From assembly GCA_964016885.1 (NCBI GenBank), contig OZ024743.1, forward strand, positions 85,498,001 through 85,562,000: a stretch of 64,000 nucleotides of DNA, given 5' to 3'. The notes under the pieces were generated by a model that did no database searches, had not been told where the DNA came from, and saw nothing but the letters and a program-made list of their open reading frames with translations. The position numbers and the translations under genes were made by a program. Positions 27,351-41,310 of this stretch are shown here, one piece after another (position 1 is the stretch's first letter; the number at the start of each line of letters is the position of its first letter). This DNA comes from Eledone cirrhosa (lineage: Eukaryota).

Positions 27351-29945
27351 ATCATCATCATCATCATCGTTTAACGTCCATTTTCCACGCTAGCATGGGT
27401 CTGGACGGGAATTGTCCACTTGAGGCAAGATTGGTTGTCTTGCTTAGGACTGTCTGGCGGGTTTTCTACGGCTGGATGCCCTTCATAACACCAACCACGT
27501 TTACAGTGTGGACTGGGAGGTTTTTGCCGTGTTACCTACACGGCCACATTACAGCGTGGACTGTGTGTTTTTTTTTTGTCGTGACACCTACACGACCTCA
27601 TTTGTTTCGGACTGGATGTTGTGGTACCAACATAATTTCACATTTTAAGGGGTGGTGTGGATGGGGTGGGGGTAGTGGGACGGGGGGTGCATTTTGTTAG
27701 AGGTGCCTACCGACTGTAGGTTTCGCTTTGTACTTAGGCAAGATCTCGGTCCAGTGACATTGTCTTGGAGAGGTGAAAGTGTGTGAGGTCGGAATTTATC
27801 AAGTCGTCCAGGTTTTTCTGTACCGTCTATAAAAATAGACGGTAGCCACTCCGTGGCTACCGTCTATTTTTATTGCTCTGCACTTTTTTATACAGCTGTC
27901 GTCTTTCATGTGCATCACATGACCATACCAACGTAGTCTTCTCTCGAGTAAACAACATCTGATCCCTCTTATTCCTAATTTCTCTCCTAGTTCGTTTATG
28001 CTTTGCCGTTCACGTATATTACTATTACACATCCAGCGGAGCATGCAAGCTTCGTTTCTCTCCAGTCTGCGTATATCCTCTGCACACAATACCCAGGTCT
28101 CACTGCCATGTAACATTGCTGTTCGCGTGCAGGCATCATACAGCCTGCCTTTCATTTTTAGAGAAAACCCTTTAGCGGCCAATAGTGGTATAAGCTCTCT
28201 GAACTTTTTCCATCCCGTTCTGACTCTAGCTACTGTACTTTCAGAGCACCCTCCCCCACTGCTGATTTTGTCACCCAGGTAACGGAAGCTGTCCACTATT
28301 TCTATAGAAACATCTGTGCAATGGAATGAGCTAGTATTCCCTGGGCACTTGCTGCTACCGATTGTACCAGAGCACCGGCCACATATAAAATCTATATTCT
28401 TAGTTAGCTTACCTGTGATCCCACTACATCTTTTATGCACCCATACTTTGCATTTTGGACATAAAATGGAGTTTCTGCCTACTCCTTTCCTACACACTGA
28501 GCATGGCCATTTCTCAGATGGGACCGGTGCCCTATTTTCCTTCCTACAAACTAGAACTTTAGTCTTAGACAAGTTAACTTTAAGGCCTTTTGATTCTAGA
28601 CCATGCTTCCATGTTTGGAATTTCTTCTCTAGTTCCGCCATTGATTCAGCTATGAGCGTTAGATCATCGGCATATAGGAGTTCCCATGGGCAGCTGGTCT
28701 TGAACTCCTCTGTTATAGCCTGAAGGGCAATAATTAATAGTAGGGGGCTAAGGACGGAGCCCTGATGAACACCAACTTTTACATTAAACTCTTCACTATA
28801 TTCGTTGTTAATTCTAACCTTGCTGACGGTTTCTTTATACATGGCTTGTATAGCTCTCACAAGCCATTCATCAACACCTAGTTTTCTAAGAGCCCACCAG
28901 ATAATCGAGCGGGGTACTCTGTCAAAGGCTTTCTCCAAGTCAACAAAGGTAAGTATAGGGGTTTACTTTTAGCTAGGTACTTCTCCTGTAGTTGTCGTAC
29001 AATGAAGAGAGCGTCTGTTGTACTTTTACCTGACACAAACCCGAATTGCATTTCGTCTAGATCAATTCGCTCTCTGATTAGTTGCGCTATTACTTTTTCT
29101 GTGACCTTCATGACCTGGAAGGTCATGAATTAATTTGATGCCTCTATAGTTTCCCCTATCTAGGTCATCACCTTTACCCTTGTAGCAGTTAATGATAATG
29201 CTGCTGCGCCAGTCCTTCGGAACAACCCCATTCTGTATAACTTGGTTTACTATCCGAGTGACCATAGTGTGTTCCACCGTTCCAGATGCTTTCAGCATTT
29301 CAGCAACTATTTCCGAAGGCCCGGCTGCCTTCCCCGTCTTCATGTCTTTGATCGCCTTACTTATTATACTACCTTCAACTTGTACTGCTGGTCCCTCTAT
29401 TGGGTCGATGTGGGGGAGACTGTCTTTCGCCCAATTATTCTCCTCATTTAGTAGCCTTTCGTAGTGACACTTCCAAGCTTCCTTCTTATCAGCGTCAGTG
29501 ATGGCAAGTACACCATCATCATTAAGGACACACTTCTCCCCGACAATATCACTGTTTTCCTTGACACACTGCCTAGCAATCCTGAACACCTCACGTTTTT
29601 GGTCCTCGCGTTGTAGAACATGCTTGAACTTTCTTTCCTCTGCTTCCCTTCTTGCGAAGTACACTTGTCTCCTAGGTTCTCTCCTGGCCACTTGATAGTC
29701 TTCTCTACTTCCCCCATCCCGCCATACTTTCCAAGCTTGCTTTTTGGCCTTAATTGACTCCTCCACCTTACTGTTCCACCACCACGTTACTCTCCTCCTG
29801 CCTATAGGCCTGCTCCAGCCACAGACTTCATCTGCCGCCTTCAGCAGGTTAGCTTTCAGGAATTCCCACTGTTCCTCCATATTGTACGACTCTAATTGCT
29901 CTTCCTTACTGTCAAAAACATCAAGTAATATGCTTTTATATTTAA
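27351..29945 (-). mobile_element. RTE-PHD LINE subfamily A, 2.6 kb, frameshifted
   Basis: ORFs 29062-29880, 28878-29126, 27799-28938: [42 protein letters not shown] finger, FRYLG. Confidence 0.96.
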
Positions 29946-30184
29946 AATATGTGTATGTATGTATGTGTGTATGTATATATATATATTTATATATATATAT
30001 ATCTTTTTTTTATTTTTATTTTATTTTTTATTTATTTATTAATTTTTATTTTTTCTCCTCGTGCAATGGCCATACTCGATAACGAGGGGGCAGCCATCAT
30101 ATCTGTATGTATGTTTGTGTATATATATATATGTATGTATGTGTAAATATATATGTATGTATGTATGTGTATATATATATATAT

Positions 30185-30594
30185 CCGGGAGAGATGACCC
30201 CCTTAGCCTTTGTCAAGGCAGAATTCTAGAAGGAAAACTCTGATATAACACCTGCAACCCTGATGGTATCCAATGATGTTGACTTGTTCTTCTTTTTGGT
30301 AAATATCATCTTGGTTAAGAGAGTGGGACTGGCTTTGTGCAGTGCCTTTGGTCACTATAAAAGCTTCACGGCACAGGCATTGCTTTATATCTGGTGATCT
30401 TTCTGCACTTGTCCTCACATGGTACCATGGGCCCAGCACTATGTGTCAATAATTGTCACAAGTGTAGTGTTTGTACCAGAGTTTTCAAGTCGCTGGCTGG
30501 ACTAAAAAGTCTCACTCGTTCAGCGCATCGGTAGGGGTTCTCCTACATGGATATAAAGTAGTGGCCATACTCGAAAACGAGTTGGCAGCCACCA
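30185..30594 (+). mobile_element. Non-autonomous RTE-derived bimodular element (5'-truncated relative to 50092-50588)
   Basis: Near-identical to 50176-50588; 3' stem-loop ctcg-aaaa-cgag; an isolated 3' tip also occurs at ~30062-30098. Confidence 0.85.
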
Positions 30595-30614
30595 TATATA
30601 TATGTATGTATGTG

Positions 30615-30647
<33 letters not shown>

Positions 30648-30736
30648 GTATGTGTATATATATATATGTATGTATTTGTATATATAGATATATGTGTGTA
30701 TATATATATATGTATGTATGTGTATATATATATATG

Positions 30737-33583
30737 CAGTGGCGTAGCTAGGGTAAACGGCGCCCAGGGCAAGCATCAAAATTGCCCCCCCTCAAAAAGT
30801 CAAGATCCACCAAGACGAAATTGCGATAGAATTTATAATAAAAAAACAAAAAACGGTTACAATTTGATTTTTCGGGCTTTTAATGAGGCAAACTTTTTGA
30901 TAATTTCCTCGAAATTAGTTCGTTCAAACTCTTCGATTTCTACACTCAAAAGGCCAAGGTCAGTCAGCCGTTGTTGGCCCATTGAGATTCGCAAATACTA
31001 ATGTATTAGCTTTAGCTTGCTGAACGACCTCTCGTAACTGGCAATTGAAATAGAAATCGTCAACATTATTTGAATGCTGTGGATTGGCAGTATCGGTAGA
31101 GGGTCGGACGCCATGTCTCTGTTTCATCATCACTAATTTTTTCGAGAACTTGAACAATCAGCGTTAAATAATTTGCCACCGGTCTGACTGCGGTACATCT
31201 AGCACTCCACCGCGTGTCGGAAGGATATTTAACAACTACTGGAGCAACTTCTTTAAGGGCTTCCCATCGTCGTGTTGAACAAGAAAAAAAGTTGTATAAC
31301 GAGTCAATGCAACTGAAAAAGTTCATCATAGCAGAATCGTTTTTCGCTGCATGAAGACCAGCCAGATTAAGTGAATGGTTATCGCAAATAACGAAGTGAA
31401 TCAAATTATTCTTCTTTCTCATTCTCTGCTGAACCCCACTGCGGTGCCCAGCATTATGGCAGCATTGTCGTAGCACTGCGATTGACAGTTCTGCAGTGGT
31501 GGGTCATCTTTTTCTAGCTCTGTCACGATTGTTTCAACAAGGCTTGCGGCATCTTTTCTGATTACTTGAATGAATCCAAGAAAAGATTCCCTCCCAACGA
31601 CTGTCTTCATATTGAAATCAACATCGACATATCACACAACTTTTGACAGTTGTTCTCGGTGCGCCTGGTCAGGGGTCGAATCAATCAGCAGACCATAGTA
31701 TGTTGCTTTTTGGATACGATTTAGTAAATTCTGACGAACTGTATTATAGAAGAAAACATTGAACCATCTAAACTGGAGTCGTATTGAATTCCTAATAGAA
31801 GCGATCTGATCCTATCTGGCCATTTGGATTATGATACCTTTTCTTATGTACCAGTTGTAAAAGACAAACTACTTTGTTTTGTAAACCAGCTTCATAATTA
31901 TAATTATCCCATGGGAACTCCTGTATGCTGATGACCTCGCACTTATAGCTGAATCTATGGTAGAACTAGAGAGGAAATTCCAAACTTGGAAGCAGGGACT
32001 AGAAAGAAAGGGTCTCAAAGTCAACATGACAAAGATTAAGGTCCTTGTAAGTAGACAAGAAAACAGAACCCAGATCCCCTCAGGGAAATGGCCTTGCTCA
32101 GTATGTAGGAAAGGTGTAGGTAGGAACTCCATTCTCTGCCCCAAATGCAAACAATGGGTACACAAGAGATGTAGCGGGATCTCAGGATGCTTAATTAAGA
32201 ATGTAGGCTTCACATGCAACAGCTGTGCTGGGACAGCAAACGGCCACAGGAAACAAGTACCACCAATCTCTGGGAGGGCTCTGTAGAAACAGTAGACAGC
32301 TTCTGCTACCTAGGTGACCGAATTAGCAGCGGAGGTGGGTGTTCAGAAAGTACAATAACTAGGGTAAGAACGGGATGGAAGAAGTTCAGGGAACTACTGC
32401 CACTGCTAGCTGCAAAAGGCTTCTCCCTCAAAATGAAAGGCAGACTGTATGATGCGTGTATCCGAACAGCAATGTTACATGGTAGTGAGACCTGGGCGCT
32501 GAAGGTGGAAGACTTACGTAGATTAGAAAGAAACGAAGCCTGCATGTCCGATGGATGTGTAATAGTAATATAGGCGAACGACAAAGCATAAATGAATTGA
32601 GAGAGAGACTGAGCATAAGAGGAATCAAATGCTGTGTGCAGGAGAGGCGGTTGCGTTGGTATGGACATGTGATACGTATGAAGGATGACAGCTGTATAAA
32701 AAGGTGCAGAGCACTAGAAGTCGATGGAAACCGCGGAGTGGGGAGACCCAAGAAGACCTGGGATGAGGTGATAAAAGCCGACCTTACCCAATTACACCTC
32801 TCAAAGGTGATGACACACGACCGTGACCTCTGGCCTCGCGCAGTAATACAGAGTACCCGACCTCCCATGGGTACAAGCTGAAGCATATAGACAATATGCC
32901 CCCACACCCTCCCACTGCAAGGTGGTCGTGGAGGTGCCACGGCAAAAAAGCACCCAGCCCACACTGTAAAGTGGACGTGTAGGCGCCACGGAAAAAGCAC
33001 CCAGCACTCACTGTAAATGAGGTTGGTGTTAGGAAGGGCATCCAGCTGTAGAAATCAAGCCAAAATCAGTTCCTGTATGAGCAAGGCATGGTCAGCCGAC
33101 CAGACACTGCCCACAACAGGACAACCCGTCTAACCCATGCTAGCATGGAAGAACGAACGTAAAATGGTGAGGTTGATGATCTTGTATTGGTCATTGCAAT
33201 GCATTGCTAAAAATAGCGCCTGCGTGTCCACCAGTTGCACGTTCAAAACTACGTCCCTTCAGTCAGTGTGGGGTGGGGGGCGGTTTTGTGAGGTCAAGTG
33301 AGGTTTTGCAATGTATAGCTAAAAATAGCGCCCGCATAATTCCAACTCACCCTGCTGTCAGTGTGGAGGAGGGGGGGGGGGGGGCATTTTTGTGAAGTCA
33401 AATCAGACATCTGCTCTGTCTAGTGCACTAGACATGGCGTGGAAGTTGGCTATCAAGAATCACATGCTTCATTTTTGGTTTTTATTTTTAAAAATGATAA
33501 AAACGACATGGATGTAGTTGCGCCCCCCTAAATATGACGCCTGTGGCATGTACCCTGCTTGCCACACTCTAGCTACGCCACTG
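30737..33583 (-). mobile_element. Internally deleted hAT DNA transposon (Tip100/ZMYM1-like) carrying an RTE insertion
   Basis: 15-bp TIR CAGTGGCGTAGCTAG / CTAGCTACGCCACTG; 8-bp TSD tatatatg; transposase remnants YYGLLIDSTPDQAHREQLS, ESFLGFI, QCYDNAAIM, FVICDNHSLNL, DTRWSAR, QQRLTDLGLLSVE, FEEIIKKFASLKARK (30850-31740). Confidence 0.95.
31908..33180 (+). mobile_element. RTE-PHD LINE subfamily B, 5'-truncated, nested in the hAT
   Basis: PWELLYADD start, PHD finger, [21 protein letters not shown], distinct 3' UTR, gatgat tail. Confidence 0.95.
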
Positions 33584-33596
33584 TATATATGTATGT

Positions 33597-33628
<32 letters not shown>

Positions 33629-33689
33629 ATATATATGTATATATATATATATGTATGTGTGTGTATATATATATATATGTATATATGTA

Positions 33690-36257
33690 TTTAGCAGGAT
33701 GGAGTATCAGTAGTCGTGGTCGCCAATTCCAGCAGCATGGGTTATATATGTTATTGAGACACGAGTAACATAATAATGATTTCAACAGCAGTAATTAGAG
33801 ATGAAATGTATGTTTATTTTTGATGTAGTACAAACAATGTTTGTTAACTTCTATGGTTGAAGTTACAGATAAAAAGAGGTTACAAAAGGGAATGTGCCAT
33901 TGCGCCGTTAAGCCGGCGAGGCTAGGGTGCAATATCTCACTGTTACATTAAGCATGTTGCTGGCTTGAAGTTTCCGGTACAAGAGAGAGATTCTTCAAAT
34001 CTTCGCGGGGAATTTCTTCCTCAGGGCGCGTAGGGATACATCCTCTTCTACTGGCGCTGATTGGCTGAACTGAGCCAAATCATGCACAGAGAATGTATGT
34101 GAGCCCGCGGAATGTAGGTCACTACATCACCTCCGACCAGATTTTCAGCCGAAAATCGATAACGAAGAAACCAAGGACCCACAAGGAAGTCGATACAGAT
34201 TATTGAATCAGCAAGAACAATTGCTGAAAGAGCACATCAGTGAAAAAATAATTGAGCAGAAAGATTCATGCAAGAACAAAAAAATAATTAGGCGCGACGG
34301 GCCGTGTTGAGCCGCTGTCAAATGACTAGCTGTTTTGTAGTTTAAACGAGACCCTCAAGGGCCTACCAGAAAACAGATAAAGTCTGACATGGGCGAAGTT
34401 GCTGTCCTTGCATTAAATGTTAATGGTAAGCGTTGTACCAGTAGCTGTGAACGAAGCTATTATGGTAGTTTACCAGTGCTGGCGAGAAAATGATGGCCCT
34501 CAGAGATGTATTGTCGAATGTGATGCGGAACCAGGAAAAAATGGCTGGTTGCTTTGTAAAGAAAAAAAAAAGCAAGTTTAATCTGTAGGTGGGTTGCAGT
34601 GTAAATTCCATAATTCGGGCGAATCCACAGAAGTGGCCGAAATGCTGACAAGTTCAGTTCAATTTGTTGCTTTCCCAGCGAGTCGGGCGAAAACAACAAG
34701 ACGGATGGCCGTCATGGACGATCAGTGTGCAACGAGATGCGAAGCTGTTTGAGTTCAGCTGCAATTAGTAATCTCGTGTTGCGGTGCCTGTTTGAATCCA
34801 GTGGATTAAGCTCTGTGAGTTGCTAGCATGTGACAGCATCTCAACCAGGTGAAAAGGGACTCGCAGAATATTACGTTTGAAGAACATATACCAAGAACAT
34901 GTTGGTGTGTGATAAAAAAAATGTGTGCATATGCAGGCATGTTAAACAGCAAAGAATGTGAATGAACAAAAACCATGAGCAAGCAAATAGCAAAAGAGCA
35001 CAAAACAAGTAAATGCATTCTACAAAGAAATATGTGAATGTAACAAACTGATAATTCAAAGTCAATCTAAGGGAGCAGAGAAATTGCTCAATAAGTTCAA
35101 AGTTTTTCAAAGTCAAATAGTTCACACATCACCAGTGTACAGACACTAGTTCTATCTGAAAACTGAAAAAGAAGTTTGTTAATGCCGTTAGGGGTTAGAT
35201 GTATGGTGTTTTTGTGAGTTTTCGTGGCCATCTTGTGTGGCATAAGGTTGTGTTGCTTATTGTTAAAGCAAAGTCAAAGAATCTTCTGTAGAGTAGGAGT
35301 CACCAAATATGGCAGCCACGTCTGACGCCATAATGGTGAGAAAACTACTGTCTCAATTTCTCGAGTCCCTGTGGTAACGAGACAGAAGGTATGGTGGTTG
35401 CGTCGGTAAGGCTATGAAGCTGCCACTCACTGTTCCCTGTATTGGTCAGTGGTTAAACAACGCTGTCGCTGCTGCTGTCGTTGTTGTTGGTAGCCATCTT
35501 GAAATTTCTTTGTGGCGAAAAGTTTTTGAAATACTGCTAATTTTTCAAAAATCTTAAAAGGAATATTTTTTATTTTCGCAAGTTGCGAAAAGGTTGGCAA
35601 CGTGGCAATAAAAGTTCAACTGAATAAAAAAGAAGGGCTGCGTTAAATTCTTACGTCGGTCACCACTTTAGCAGTCTTGGTTATAGAGTAGTCGTGGTCG
35701 CCACTTTAGCAGGGTGGTAGATTGATTGAAGGTCGTTAGTTGCCAGTGTGGTAAGTGATAGTATCCTCGTTGGATTATCTTGTTGACATAGACGTGAGGG
35801 AAGGTCCCTTGATCTATTTACCATCTATTTACAATATTCCTTTCGTCAGGTCGCCAATTCCAGCAGCATGGGTTATATATGTTATTGAGACACGAGTAAC
35901 ATAATAATGATTTCAACAGCAGTAATTAGAGATGAAATGTATGTTTATTTTTGATGTAGTACTAACAGTGTTTGTTAACTTATATGGTTGAAGTTACAGA
36001 TAAAAAGAGGTTACAAAAGGGAATGTGCCATTGCGCTGTTAAGCCGGCGAGGCTAGGGTGCAATATCTCACTGTTACATTATGCGTGTTGCTGGCTTGAA
36101 GTTTCCAGTACAAGAGAGAGATTCTTCAAATCTTCGCGGGGAATTTCTTCCTCAGGGCGCGTAGGGATACATCCTCTTCTACTGGCGCTGATTGGCTGAA
36201 CTGAGCCAAATCACGCACAGAGAATGTATGTGAGCCCGCGGAATGTAGGTCACTACA
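33690..36257 (-). mobile_element. Non-autonomous LTR retrotransposon (3' LTR ~33690-34126, 5' LTR ~35667-36257)
   Basis: ~410-bp near-identical direct repeats (33718-34126 and 35849-36257) starting TGTAG on the minus strand; PBS TGGTGACCGACGT at ~35653-35665; purine-rich GGTCGGAGGTGA before the 3' LTR; TSD tgta(t); no recognisable gag or pol ORF. Confidence 0.85.
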
Positions 36258-37141
36258 TGTATGTATATATGTATATATATATCATCATCATCATCATCAT
36301 CGTTTAACGTCCATCTTCCACGCTTGCATGGGTTTGGACGGGAACTTTCCCACTTGAGGTAAGATTGGTTGACTTGCTCGTATAGGACTGTCTGGCGGGT
36401 TTTCTACGGCTGGATGCCCTTCCTAACACTAACCACGTTTACAGTGTGGTCTGGGAGGTTTTTACCGTGTTACCTACACTGCCATATTACAGCGTGGACT
36501 GTGTGTTTTTTTTGTCGTGACACCTACACGACCTCATTTGTTTCGGACTGGATGTTGTGGTACCAACATAACTTTACATTGAAAAGGGTGGTGTGGGTGG
36601 GGTGGGGGTAGTGAAACGGGGGGTGTATTTTTGTTAGAGGTGCCTACTGACTGTAGGTTTCGCTTTGTTCTTAGGCAAGGCGGGTCTTCTGTATTACTGT
36701 GTAGCGCCAAAGATCTCGGTCCAGTGACATTGTCTTAGAGAGGTGTGAGGTCGGAATTTATCTAGTCGTCCCAGGTTTTTCTGGGTCTGCCTACTCCGTG
36801 GCTACAGTCTATTTTTATTGCCCTGCACTTTTTTATACAGCTGTCGTCTTTCATGCGCATCACGTGTGACCGTACCAATGTAGTCTTCTCTCGAGTAAAC
36901 AACATCTGATCCCTCTTATTCCTAATTTCTCCCTTAGTTCATTTATGCTTTGCTGTTCACGTATATTACTATTATACATCCAGCGGAGCATGCAAGCTTC
37001 GTTCTTCTCCAGTCTGCGTATATCCTCTGCACACAATGTCCAAGTCTCACTGCCATGTAACATTGCTGTTCGTATGCAGGCATCATACAGCCTGCCTTTT
37101 ATTTTTAGAGAGAACCCTTTAGTGGCCAATAGTGGTATAAG

Positions 37142-37497
37142 TATAATGAAAAATGTAAGTCGTTAGATCAGAAGGCATTAAATAGACAAACTCCATTACA
37201 AATATGTACTTCATTTATTCTTGCTTCACACTGTGAAAGTCATTTTGCCTGTATTTCCATGTGTGAGATACGACAGGATATGACGTGTCGAAGAATCAAC
37301 GTTCTGACGATAGCAGATTTATCTGGAGACTGGTCTTCTGTCTTAACTTCCGTTCTCTGGTCTAAGTAGTCCAGTTACTTGTATCGTTACGCCGAAGGTT
37401 TTGATTGGCTCACACTTCAGCCGATTTACTTCCGTAACATTTTTCTTCCGCCGAAGGAAAATACATTTAATTACAAAGGATATATATTACTGCTACA
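37142..37497 (-). repeat. 3' LTR (356 bp)
   Basis: Direct repeat of 41816-42142. Confidence 0.95.
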
Positions 37498-37750
37498 TTA
37501 CCCCCTGCTTAGGCTGAAAGCCGACAGAAAAAAGGGTAGCAGTTGCAAGAAAGAAAAAAAAATATATATATAACAGTAAATATATAATAAACAATATCAA
37601 TTCACAGGAATGTCTGCGTTTTGCTTCAGAGAAAAAGAGGAACATAAAAACTGAGCAGCAGAAATAGTCCAAAGTTCACATTAATTAATGCATTTAATAC
37701 AAATACAAGAGAGGACAAGAACTCAAAAACCTTGCTCTATATAGCATAGT

Positions 37751-40700
37751 TCATATATATAGAGTCTTGCAAAGCTTTTTGGGCCAATGTACTCGGCGAC
37801 CACTACGTGCGGTGGTGACATATGTAGGTGTAGGTGGAGAAGGTGTGTGCAATGTTGCATGTGTAGCGTGTGTTGGCTGATGCAGAGTATATGTAGGGGG
37901 AATATGGGGCTCTTGTGTGAGAGTGTCTGTAAAGGCCCGTTTCACCCTATCGATGGATACAGTCTCTTTTTTACCACCAATGTCCAGGGTGATCAGTTTA
38001 TCTGTGCGTGCAAGCACACAATAAGGACCGGTATAAGGTGACGTGAGAGGAGCTCTCACGGCATCCTTACGTAGAAAGACGTTGGTCCACGAAGCAATGT
38101 CTGTCGGGACCAAAGACTTTATTGTCTGTTGCCGAGGGTTCATAGGCGGAAGATTGTCAAAATAAGATCGCAGTCTGTCCACATACAGAGCTGGATCTGT
38201 TTCAGGTAAATCCATTGGAGTCAACATCTGACCCGGCAAAGATATAGGTACTCCGTAAACCAGTTTAGCTGGGAAGTATCCTAGATTCTCCTTGATAGCT
38301 GCACGACAGCCAAGAAGGACAATTGGTACATACTCGCTCCATTGTTGTTGATCCGGATAAGCGCGCAATGTGGCTTTCAATTGGCGGTGGAAGCGCTCTA
38401 TCATTCCGTTCGAAGCTGGATGAAAGCTAGTCGTTCGGATGCGCTTAATTCCCAGGATCCTTGAAAGTTCTCGAAAAAGAGATGAGACTCAAACTGTCCA
38501 CTACAGTCCGTGGTGACAGTGGTTGGAACTCCGTAACGCGATATCCAACCCGATACTAGAGCTCACGCTACAGATTCTGCCGAAATGTCACTTAAAGGAA
38601 TGGCTTCAGGCCAACGTGTGAAGCGATCAATACAGGTCAGGAGATAGGTAAATCCTCGGCTGACCGGCCATGGTCCAATGAGATCTATGTGGACATGACT
38701 GAACCGAGCGTCTGGAAGGCTGAAAGTTCCGAGGGGTTTGCGGATGTGTTTGTGCACCTTTGACTTCTGGCAGGACAAGCAAGAACGTGTCCAGGCAGTG
38801 ATGTCACGCCTCATATTCGGCCAGAAGAATCTAGCCGAAATGAGCTTCACTGTGGTCGATATTCCAGGGTGTGCTAGACCATGCAAGGTCTCGAAAACTG
38901 CACGACGATGAGTCGCTGGAACTAGAGGACGAGGTGAATCCGTCGAGGTGTCACAAATAATCTGTGTGTCTGAAGTGGGCACAGGTTGATATGAAAATTT
39001 GCCATTTGCAAATTCAGGAGACGAAAGATCCAAGGTGTCCAGGGGTGGCTGTTCTGTGGCCATCCATTGAAGGTCAATATCCGAAGTTGATGACAGGGAA
39101 TTGATTGGGAGGCGAGACAAGGCATCTGCCGCCGCATTCTGCTCACCGGAGATGTGTCAGATATCGCTGGTAAATTGCGAAACGAAGTCCAAATGACGAG
39201 TTTCGCGAGGTGAATATTTGTCCGGCTTAGAACGTAGTGCAAACGTAAGCGGACGATGATCAGTGTAGATCGCAAATTGACGACCCTCCAGTGAATGCCG
39301 AAAGTGTTTCACTGCGAGGTACATAGCCAGGAGTTCACGGCCGAACGTGCTAAATCGTGTTTCTGCAGGTTTCAGTTGTCTCGAGAAGTACGCGAGAGGT
39401 TGTAATTGTTGTTGGTGATGCTGTTGCAAAACTGCACCTACAGCTGTACCCAATGCATCAACGACCAGTGAAAACTGGGCACCAGACACAGGATGTACAA
39501 GCAGTGATGTCTCCGAGTTTCTGCTTCACTTCGTTGAAGGCTTTTAGCTGACTCGTGTCCAGTGTGATGGATTCATTTTTCCTTTTCCTGTTACGTAACA
39601 GGTCGGATAAAGGAGACAGGAGATCCGCACAGTGTGGGATAAAACGTCTGTAGTAGTTCAGCAGACCAAGGAAATGTAGCTGGCGAAGTAAAGTGGGTGG
39701 TTGAAGATCTTGCAGAGCTTTCACTTTGTCAGGCAGTGATGAGATTCCCTCAGGGCTGATAACGTGGCCCAAGAAGACAAGTGAAGACGCACCGAAAACA
39801 CATTTCGCCGGGTTGATTCGCACCTGATACTGCTGAAACCGCTCAAACAGTAGACGGAGGTGAGTGACATGTTCCTCGGGTGAGGCACTTGCCACGAGAA
39901 TGTCATCAATGTAGTTATACACGATCCAAATCGCACACAACTTCAGCCATGAAACGTTGGAAAGTACTGGCTGCGTTTCGCAAACCGAAAGGCATAGTCA
40001 GAAATTCGAACGCTCCGAAAGGAGTTGTTACAGCAGTTTTAGGTATATCTGACGGGTTCATTGGAATCTGGTGGTAAGCCTTGACCAAATCCAATTTGGA
40101 GAATGTCTTACGTCCATGAAGCGAAGACGCGAAATCTTGTATGTGTGGGATCGGGTAGCGATCGGGTACTGTCATCGCGTTTAACTGGCGAAAGTCCCCA
40201 GTGGGACGCCAATCACCGGAACGCTTTGGAACCAAATGCAAAGGAGCGGCCCACGGACTTGAGGATGGGCGTATGATTCCCAGCTGTAGCATGTGGTTAA
40301 ATTCAGCCTTTGCTGCTTTCAATTTCTCCGCAGGGAGGCGGCGAGGGCAAGAAAATACAGGAACGCCAGAAGTTTCGATATAATGTTTTGTGGAGTGAGT
40401 AGGCTTGCTCACCACAAACTTCAAATTTGTCAATTCCGGGAAAGAATTTAGAAGTGACTGGAAAGGGTCCTCTGAAGCGGTGATGAAGAATACCGGGCTG
40501 ATAGATGAGACAGTAGATTTCAAACCCGGAACGGAGAGTTCCGTATTAGCATCCAACAACCGGCGTCTGCGCATATCCACTAAGAGGTTATAGTGGTGCA
40601 GGAAATCCATGCCTAGAATAGGGTAGGCAAATCAGCGACCGTGAAAATCCACGTGAAGTCTCTTCGCAATTCCAGTTTCAAAGAACGAGAAATTTGACCA

Positions 40701-40915
40701 TACGGGGAGATAGGAGAATGATTTACGGCTTGCAGAGAAATGGATGAAACTGGCGGCTTCTCTTTGAGAAGTTTTAGCGGCCATATGCTGCAAGCAGCGC
40801 CTGTATCCACTAGACATCGAGCTTGGGAAAACGTGTCAGTTATAAAGAATGCACGATTATTTGGGAGCGTCAGAGGAGATTGTGCCGTGCTCAGATCTCC
40901 TGAAATCCATTTCCC
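37751..40915 (-). pseudogene. pol: Frameshifted Gypsy pol (PR-RT-RNase H-IN)
   Basis: Consecutive ORF pieces 40613-40810, 39915-40610, 39458-39940, 39157-39489, 38563-39120, 37751-38404. Confidence 0.95.
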
Positions 40916-41310
40916 TGGATGGAAAACGAACAGGGCTGGTTACAAGAGCGTGCCGCCACGCCAAAACGGCTGTGGTAGTAGCACAGTCCTGGCTTGCTTG
41001 TGTGGCGGCGGTGTGGCGAGGGCGAACGGCTCTGGAAGCGACGTCTGGGCGATTGAGCCCTGGAGGTACTCAATTTTCTCACCTCTTTGGTGAGTTGCTC
41101 TATGGCTTGAAGTATTGCCACAGGCACAAGTGAGTGATCGGTGTGGACGGCAGCTGCAGGAGAGAACGAAGAGACCGCAGCCGGTGGCTGAGGTGCAACA
41201 TAGGAGGCAGGGTTTCCAGTGAAACTTATAATTTTGTCGGCCGAAGCCGCTAGCTGGTCGACTGTGGTGGTCTCCATCTAAAATCGCCTGAACACCGGGC
41301 AGCAGAGAGG
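40891..41310 (-). pseudogene. gag: Truncated Gypsy gag C-terminus
   Basis: LAASADKI, RSPS basic patch, CHCC knuckle, QGN slippery site. Confidence 0.9.

Noticed and set aside
35653-35866. Repeat-spacer pattern resembling a CRISPR array
   Set aside because: Only three degenerate repeats with unequal spacers, eukaryotic context, no cas genes; better explained as LTR-end/PBS units
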